Shown here one piece after another: positions 55,916 to 64,000 of a stretch of 64,000 nt of DNA. The position numbers and the translations under genes are program-made. Position 1 is the first letter of the stretch. Each line of letters opens with the position of its first letter. Under the pieces are notes generated by a model. That model had not been told where the DNA came from and searched no databases. It was given only the letters and a program-made list of their open reading frames with translations. Location: positions 17,112,001 through 17,176,000 of the forward strand of contig OX597838.1 in NCBI GenBank assembly GCA_951406725.2. Reading direction: 5' to 3'. Origin of the DNA: Octopus vulgaris. Taxonomy: Eukaryota.

Positions 55916-56489
55916 TATATATATGTGTGTGTGTGTGTGTCTGTGTGTGTGCGCGCGTGTGTGTGTGTATTATGTATGCATGCATGTATGTATATATTTT
56001 TGCAAAGCAGGTGCTTATGTAGTACCCTAGTATATATAAATATATGTATATATCTTATATATAAATTATTGATTTGCGTATATGGCTTTTCGCTCGCGGC
56101 CACTAACGTTATTACTTTTAGAAATAACATCGTTCTTTTATATTTATAAATAATTTCACGCGGTTCGTTTGTTTCAATGGTGTTCGGCCACTCAAACGAA
56201 TTTACAGGCATCATGACGGTGAATTATAGCAGCCGTCCCTGGCAGATTTGACTGAGGAGATACAAACGCCTTTGGCGCTAAATTCGAAATCATGATATCA
56301 AATTAACCATCATTCCTCCTGCATCCTTGGCGGAGATAAGACGCTATTCTTGTTCACTAATTTTTTTTTTTACTATCATGCCGGTATTAATTTAGTGATT
56401 CTTCGATTCTTCTGCGGCTTGGAAGTATTTTGACTTCTATTTTTAGCAAAGCATGCGGTTATGTAGTACCGTAGTTTGTTTTTACTCTC

Positions 56490-56892
56490 TTTTCTTACTC
56501 TCTTTTACTTGTTTCAGTCATTCGACTGTGGCCATGTTGGAGCACCGCCTTTAGTCGAGCAAATCGACCCCAGGACTTATTCTTTGTGAACGTAGTACTT
56601 ACTCTATCGGTGTCTTTTGCCGAAACGCTAAGTTACGGGGACGTAAACACACCACTATCTGTTGTCAAGCGATGTTGGGACAAACACAGACACACAAACA
56701 TATACACATATATATAAATATACATATATACGACGGGCTTGTTTGAGTTTCCGTCTACTAAATCCACTCACAAGACTTTGGGCGGCCCGAGGCTATAGTA
56801 GAAGACACTTGCCCAAGGTGCCACGCATTGGGAATGAACCCGGAACCATGTGGTTGTTAAGCAAGCTACTTTCCACACAACCACTCTTGCGT
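56490..56892 (-). mobile_element. SINE family B
   Basis: Family B sequence. Confidence 0.85.
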
Positions 56893-57379
56893 GTATATAT
56901 ATATATACATGACAAGAAATAATTTTTGTCTCTTTTTATGGAGGCAAAAGGGTTTATGAGACTGCAAAAAAGAAGTGCTCAAATGAAATTGAGAAAGAGA
57001 TGAAGGCAAAAACATTGATTAAAGAAAAAAACATCAAATTCGTGTCAACGACTTTATATAACATCACGCTTCCATACATTTGATCATATATAAATATTAC
57101 TATGACCTTTAATATATAAAGAATACATATATAAAAAAAACACACAAGGTAAAAAATATATATGCAAATAAAAATACAAATATATAGAACGGCCTATCAA
57201 GGAGGTATATACAATCAACTAAAAATTTTAAAGCGTGTCATGCGACTATAAACCTAAATAAGTATCATTCGACTAAAATTTACTTCCCTCAATTAAAAAT
57301 ATGTCAAAGAAGTTCATTTCATAAAAACCATGGTAGGTTGGATTCCAGGATCGTATCTTATTTCTTTTTTCATTTTTTA

Positions 57380-57783
57380 TATTTCTTTACTGCCCACAAG
57401 GGGCTAAACTCAGAGAGGACAAACAAGGACAGACAAACGGATTAAGTCGATTATATCGACCCCAGTGCGTAATTGTACTTATTTAATCGACCCCGAAAGG
57501 ATGAAAGGCGAAGTCGACCGCGGCGGAATTTGAAGTCAGAACGTAGTGGCAGACGAAATACCTATTTCTTTACTACCCACAAGGGGCTAAACATAGACGA
57601 GACAAACAAGGACAGACAAAGAGATTAAGTCGATTATATCGGCTCCAGTACGTAACTGGTACTTAATTTATCGACCCCGAAAGGATGAAAGGCAAAGTCG
57701 ACCTCGGCAGAATTTGAACTCAGAACGTAACGGCAGACAAAATACCGCTAAGCATTTCACCCGGCGTGCTAACGTTTCTGCCA
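57380..57783 (-). mobile_element. SINE family C dimer
   Basis: Two units with the GAAATA|GGTATTTCG junction. Confidence 0.85.
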
Positions 57784-58168
57784 AGAGCGTATCTATGGCT
57801 ATTTCGGGAGTTCACTGCCGCATTTCGATTATGAGTTAAGGTGCATCTCGGCAATGACCCCCTCATCAAGATGAACAGGAATATCAACCATACAAAATAT
57901 AAAAGGAAATATGTAAAGGAGGAAAAGTTTAGGGAATCTTATATGTGCCGTTTTCTATGTAGTAAAGGAGGGTTGTTTGCTATAAGGACATCATTTTCTC
58001 GTAGGCTGTTGTCTTTTTTTTTTCCATTCTTATCCTTTCAGCAGAATGGCTCTATCATTGCTCTGTTCACATTACTGATTCCAAGAGAGATAAGTTGAAA
58101 TAGGTAAATAGATAGATTTGATAGGTAGATAGATACATAAGGATAGATAAATATAGACATATAGATAA

Positions 58169-58212
<44 letters not shown>

Positions 58213-58335
58213 TACGAGAGAGAGAGAGAGAGAGAGAAGAGAAAGACAAAAATCTCCAACAGTATTTTACCGCTATTTTATTTATCGAAGGAATAACACT
58301 CAAGGTAATCTGATGTTAATTTTTGCATCATAATC

Positions 58336-58385
<50 letters not shown>

Positions 58386-58409
58386 CCTCATCAGGAGTAT
58401 TTTGGAAAC

Positions 58410-59040
58410 GCATGTCAGCACGCATTTATATCAAGAACGAAGCCAAATGCACGCCTGGATTTAAAGGACAGACTGACTCTGACGCTTGGCGGGTACATTA
58501 AAGGGTTTAAGCTGAAACCTTTCTTAATTTACCACTCAGAAAACTCGCGTGCGTTCAAGAATGTAGACAAATACACATTACCCGTCTACTTTCGTTCTCA
58601 GCCTAAAGCATGGATGACAAGAAGACTGCTTGAAGACTTAGTTACTGAATTGTTTTATTCCTCAAGTTCGTGGATATTGTTTGGAGAGAGGAATTCCTTT
58701 CAAGATTTTATTGCTTCTGGATAATGCGCCTGGATAATCCATTTCATCTATCGGATCTTTATCCCGACGTGAAAGTCGTGTTTTTTTTACCCCGTTGAAC
58801 ACGACTCCACTCATCCAACCAATGGATCAAGTTTCGATTGCGACACTGAAGGCTAGCTATTTTCGAACCACCTTCGTTCAAGCCATAGTCGCCGACCAAG
58901 AACTATCACTGCAAGAATTTTGGAAAAAGTACAATATCCTGACGTGTATCAAGAATATTGGTACCGCTGGGGAGGCCGTGACAGAGAAATGCATGAAAGG
59001 CATCTGGAAAAATTGTGCTGGAAAACGTAACTCGTTGTCA
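58410..59040 (+). pseudogene. Tigger/pogo (CENP-B-like DDE) transposase remnant
   Basis: KDRLTL..FKLKPFLIYHSEN.RAFK..LPVY..KAWMT, then (frameshift) ILLLLDNAPG, NTTPLIQPMDQ..EFWK..GIWK. Confidence 0.85.
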
Positions 59041-59183
59041 AAAATGTGTTGATTGTAATGGTACTTACTTTGATAAATAAAATGTCCGCATTGTTGAAAT
59101 ATATTGTGAATGAATTTCGTGTTTGAAAATGTTGCTTACATTTTACTCAGCCTGATACGTAAATACATACATACATACATACA

Positions 59184-59214
<31 letters not shown>

Positions 59215-59257
59215 CATACATACATACATACATACATTACATACATACATACATACA

Positions 59258-59361
<104 letters not shown>

Positions 59362-59744
59362 GACAGGCTTCTTTTAGTTTCCGTTCACCAAATCCACTCA
59401 CAAGACTTTAGACAGCCTAAGACTATAATCAAAGACATTTGGCTTAGGTGCCACGCAGTGAGACTGAACTCGGAACCATGGGGGTTGGAAAGCTCTGCTC
59501 TGTATATTTAGATATCAATTACAACATAGGCAATTATATATAATGTCAATTCAAATTCAGCAGCACAAAGAGTTGCCGTTTAATTCAAGACCACCAAATA
59601 TTTTAAAATATTTCAGTCCCCAACAACTGTTAACCCTCCAAAGTGAAGCCCAGAATGTCGTATTATTTTTATATCTGGGACCTGTTGCTGGGACCTGGGA
59701 CATACCCAAATACCGTCGTCCATATTCAAAGCCAGGTAACAATA

Positions 59745-59955
59745 TTGGCTTCAAATTTTTGCATAAGGCCAGCGTTTACAGGGGAGGAGGTAACTCGATT
59801 ACATCGGTCCCTGTATTCAAATGGTGCTTATTTTATCAACCCCGAAAAGATGAAAGGCAAAGTCAGCCTCGGCGGAATTTGAACTCAGAACGTTAAGACG
59901 GACGAAACGCCGCTAAGTACGCCGGCGTGCTAACGGTTCAGCCAGCTCGCCGTCT
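59745..59955 (-). mobile_element. Older family C-related SINE
   Basis: Head and core conserved, different tail. Confidence 0.7.
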
Positions 59956-60204
59956 TGTCAAAATATTGGAAGACATGATGTTGCTCACAAACACACTTTC
60001 ATCTCTGGCCAACACACATGCTACCCTTTTAACATTTAAAAAAATTCTTACACCAAATGCTTCGTCCCCTCCACTGGAGTCGAACCTATGACATGCGTGT
60101 CAGTAGTGTCATGTCCTCGGGTTTTAGGTGACATGAGGTAGGCTTTGAAAAATGTATCTTCCTGCAATATCGTGTTATCTGTTATCTGCTATTTTTTAAT
60201 TGTT

Positions 60205-60556
60205 TTAGTCAGTGGACGGTGGCCATGCTGGGGCACCGCCTTGAAGGATATAGACGAACAAATAGACCTCAGTATATATTTTTAAAAGCTTGCTACTTAT
60301 TCTATCGGTCTCTTTTGCTGAGCCGCTAAGCAAACCAACATCAGCTGTCAGGTGATTGAAGTGGGGGACAATCATAAACAGAAAGACACAAACAGGCAAA
60401 TATGTCGGGCTTCCGCTCAGTTTCCATATACCAAAACCCATTCACAAAGCTTTGGCTGTCCCAAGCTATAGTAAAAGACATTTTCTCAATGTGCCCCGCA
60501 GTGTGATTGAACCCAAAACCACATGGTTTCAAAGCGAGCAGCTTAATCACACAGCC
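60205..60556 (-). mobile_element. Diverged SINE family B
   Basis: Colinear but degenerate family B sequence. Confidence 0.7.
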
Positions 60557-61089
60557 AACGTCGCGAAATTTTATGAAAAACTTTAAAATTATAAACAATT
60601 GCAGCGTGGAAGGTGTTTAAAATTATATTTTTACAGTTATCTAATGACATTACATTCTGCAGACAAGGTTTACAATTAACGAATTAGCTACCTGGCCGCT
60701 CAGGTAAGTCAAGTTAACACGATATGATAACTGTGCATGGTTTTAGCTTTCCTTCTGGTTTCAATTCTTGCATTGTATTTTGCTGTAAACAATGATAAAG
60801 ACATCAACTTGAGGTAAACAGAAAAAATTAAATTATCACAAAAAGTGGCACTAGTCTCACATCCTTTCTCTCCAAAATATGAACCTTCTGGAATTTTTAC
60901 CATGTACATGTTTTTCCAGCATTTGTCGATTTGCATCAGTTAACAGCATCAGCCTCTCCAGTCTTGGTGAGTCTGTGAAGGCCATGGGGAAAGCTCGTCC
61001 TCCAGACCAAACAAAACAAAAGACATTTACCCATGCTTAAGTATTAAGATGTAGTTTATATAAAAAGAAAGAATAAAAGGAGTTCTTAC

Positions 61090-61424
61090 CGCCGAACTTT
61101 AGATTTTTTCTGCAGTGAATCTTGTAGAGTGACTTTTTTCTTTGATGGTTTCGGTTCGGTGTTTAGCATGTCACCCACCGTTCCCATATTCCGAAGTGCT
61201 GGCTTTAATTGGACGTCATGGGAAATGATAGAATCACAAGAGCTGCTCCGTGAGAGAAAATCGTTCGAAGCTATCGATAAACTAGAATTCATCGAAGAAT
61301 CTAAACTTCGGAAAGAGCTTAGGGAAATTGGCGAGAAGTTCCCAGTTGTCCAGGTTTCTATTTTTGGTATCTTAATTGTCAGTGGAGAATCCAAATTTGA
61401 GCGACGTTTCAATAGAAGAGCCAT
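61090..61424 (-). CDS. Putative host-gene coding exon (MALLLKRRSNLDSPLTIKIP...KKSKVRR), Ser-rich, product unknown
   Basis: Unique 111-codon ORF ending at CG|GTAAGA (phase-2 donor at 61089); possible acceptor TTTTTAAACAG| at 61448. Confidence 0.7.
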
Positions 61425-61974
61425 TCTGGGAATCGATCTTGGACAGTCTGTTTAAAAAGACGACGTGTGTGTGTGTGTGTGTGTGTGCTGATGCGTGTAT
61501 AACTAAATTTCAGATACTGTTGGGACAAACCTTAAGAATTTTCATGTTGACATTTCGAAGACAATTCCAGGTTTAGTTATAACAACTCAATTGGCGATTG
61601 TTTCGCCATCGTTCATCAGTTATCAATAGGATTTGGTAAATAAGCAGAATGTGATGTGGAGCAACCGAGTAACAATCCAAATGGAAAATGCAGGAATCGC
61701 AGATTTCTGCAAACAGTCTTATTTTAAAAGATGAAAACTGCAAGAACTGCCATGATTTAAGTGAGAGAAAAAAAAGTAAATCGATTCACTGGATTTGTAA
61801 AAGCTGTTTAACTAAGCGAAATATTGGGTGAATAACTCTCCGAGACGTCTCATCAAATATGTAAGACTTAATGAACGATTGAGTTATAAAATACTTCACA
61901 AGCGGAAACTCTTCAATTAATATATCGTTTGGTGCATAAGTAGGGCAGGTTATGAAACTATCGCCGTGAACGTT

Positions 61975-61975
61975 A

Positions 61976-62046
<71 letters not shown>

Positions 62047-62047
62047 G

Positions 62048-62078
<31 letters not shown>

Positions 62079-62080
62079 GC

Positions 62081-62131
<51 letters not shown>

Positions 62132-62181
62132 GCATGTATGTATATACGGGTGTATGTAAGCATATATTATATATATATGTA

Positions 62182-62230
<49 letters not shown>

Positions 62231-62328
62231 GCATATATTATATATATATATATGTATGTATGTATGCATGTATGTATATACGGGTGTATGTAAGCATATA
62301 TTATATATATATGTAAATATATATTATG

Positions 62329-62359
<31 letters not shown>

Positions 62360-62367
62360 GCATATAT

Positions 62368-62420
<53 letters not shown>

Positions 62421-62500
62421 GTATGCATGTATGTATATACGGGTGTATGTAAGCATATATTATATATATATGTATATATATATATATGTATGTATGTTTA
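61975..62500. repeat. Higher-order TA/TATG repeat
   Basis: GTATGTAAGCATATATTATAT six times and GCATGTATGTATATACGGGT three times, separated by variable microsatellite. Confidence 0.9.
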
Positions 62501-62628
62501 CATACGTAATACAAACACACACATACACCTATACATATGTACGTATGTAAATGTATATTTATATATGCATACGTACTTACACACACACACACACACACAC
62601 GAACCCCCCCTCACACACGTATATATAT

Positions 62629-62685
<57 letters not shown>

Positions 62686-62984
62686 CCTGTGGGCAAATAT
62701 CCAACGTGATATGGAAAGTAGCATTCACGTCTATGAAATATTTATGACTCCTTCTCTTTATACACATCATGTATTCATCAAATTAAAGTCGTTATTTTGT
62801 TTATTTGAATAATCTTTTGTAATGTGTGCTCTTTACTTTTAAATATTCCATTACGGGTCACTTACTCCACCCAGCGTTGCTCGGTACCTTGTATATACAC
62901 TTAGACACACACACACACACACACACACACAATAGATAGGTATGTATACATACACACACACACACACATATGTATAGATATATG

Positions 62985-63044
<60 letters not shown>

Positions 63045-63095
63045 TATACATATATACATATATACACACACATATATATATATATATATATACAT

Positions 63096-63170
<75 letters not shown>

Positions 63171-63197
63171 GTACATACAGATACACAGACACACATA

Positions 63198-63408
63198 TCT
63201 TTTATCTTTTACTTGTTTCAGTCATTTTGACTGCGGCCATGCTGGAGCATCGCCTTTAGTCGAGCAAATCCATCCCAGGATTTATTCCTTGTAAGCCTAG
63301 TACTTACTCTATCGGTGTCTTTTGCCGAACCGCTAAGTGACGGGGACGTAAACACACCAGCATCGGTTGTCAAGCGATGCTGAAGGACAAACACAGACAC
63401 ACAAACGT

Positions 63409-63450
<42 letters not shown>

Positions 63451-63632
63451 ATACATATATATACATATATACGACAGGCTTCTTTCAGTTTCCGTCTACC
63501 AAATCCACTCATAAGGCTTTGGTCGGCCCGAGGCTATAGTAGAAGACACTTGCCCAGGTTGCCACGCAGTGGGACTGAACCCGGAACCATGTGGTTGGTA
63601 AGCAAGCTACTTACCACACTGTCAATCCTGCG
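63198..63632 (-). mobile_element. SINE family B, full length
   Basis: Family B sequence. Confidence 0.88.
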
Positions 63633-64000
63633 GCTATAAATTTTCATTTTCTTTCATAATGGAATTAATATGGCCAAGGCAATATGTACTATAATGTTTT
63701 TGAGAGCAACCAGCAAATACTGCAGTGTTCTTTCTCCTTGAATATCACTATGGAAATTATGTCAGTTACATAATATTGTTTATCTCCAACAGTAACCCCT
63801 TTCCACAGAAAATAGAATTGAAATAAGTCTATGTTTGTTAATATGTGACCATAAATATTAGCTTGTAAATTCCGATATCTCGTATTTTGAGGATACTTTA
63901 CAATCAATGTTACTTCTATATGCCAGACTGCCTAATCATTGATAACATCATATATCGATCAGAAATCAGACAGAAGAAACACTGTAAAGTTTACACCAGT

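Noticed and set aside
60709-60936. 75-aa minus-strand ORF near the exon
   Set aside because: No splice signals at its borders or recognisable motifs; TTG start
61129-61455. Plus-strand 108-aa ORF
   Set aside because: Antisense shadow of the minus-strand exon; GTG start, no splice support

Overview
AT-rich, repeat-saturated animal genomic DNA. The SINE complement (tRNA-headed CORE-type and related families) and the very high density of (TA)n/(CA)n/(TCTA)n microsatellites point to an octopus or other coleoid cephalopod (inference). Nearly all ORFs in the supplied track are microsatellite or SINE artefacts. The window is best read as a large intron of a minus-strand host gene, with two credible coding exons (61424-61090 and ~6591/6575-6184), both ending at phase-2 GT donors. 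It holds a young 5'-truncated Penelope-like retroelement (RT thumb + GIY-YIG) with inverted ~360-bp pseudo-LTRs, each carrying a hammerhead ribozyme. It also holds further PLE remnants and a small (TA)n-anchored element family whose minimal hammerhead has a non-canonical position 6 in all three copies. Four SINE families are present, one forming head-less concatemers. Other contents: a U2 snRNA-SINE chimeric retrocopy inserted into a mariner-type transposase, and RTE, CR1, R4-like and Tigger remnants. All calls come from reading by eye; coordinates of degenerate repeats are approximate.
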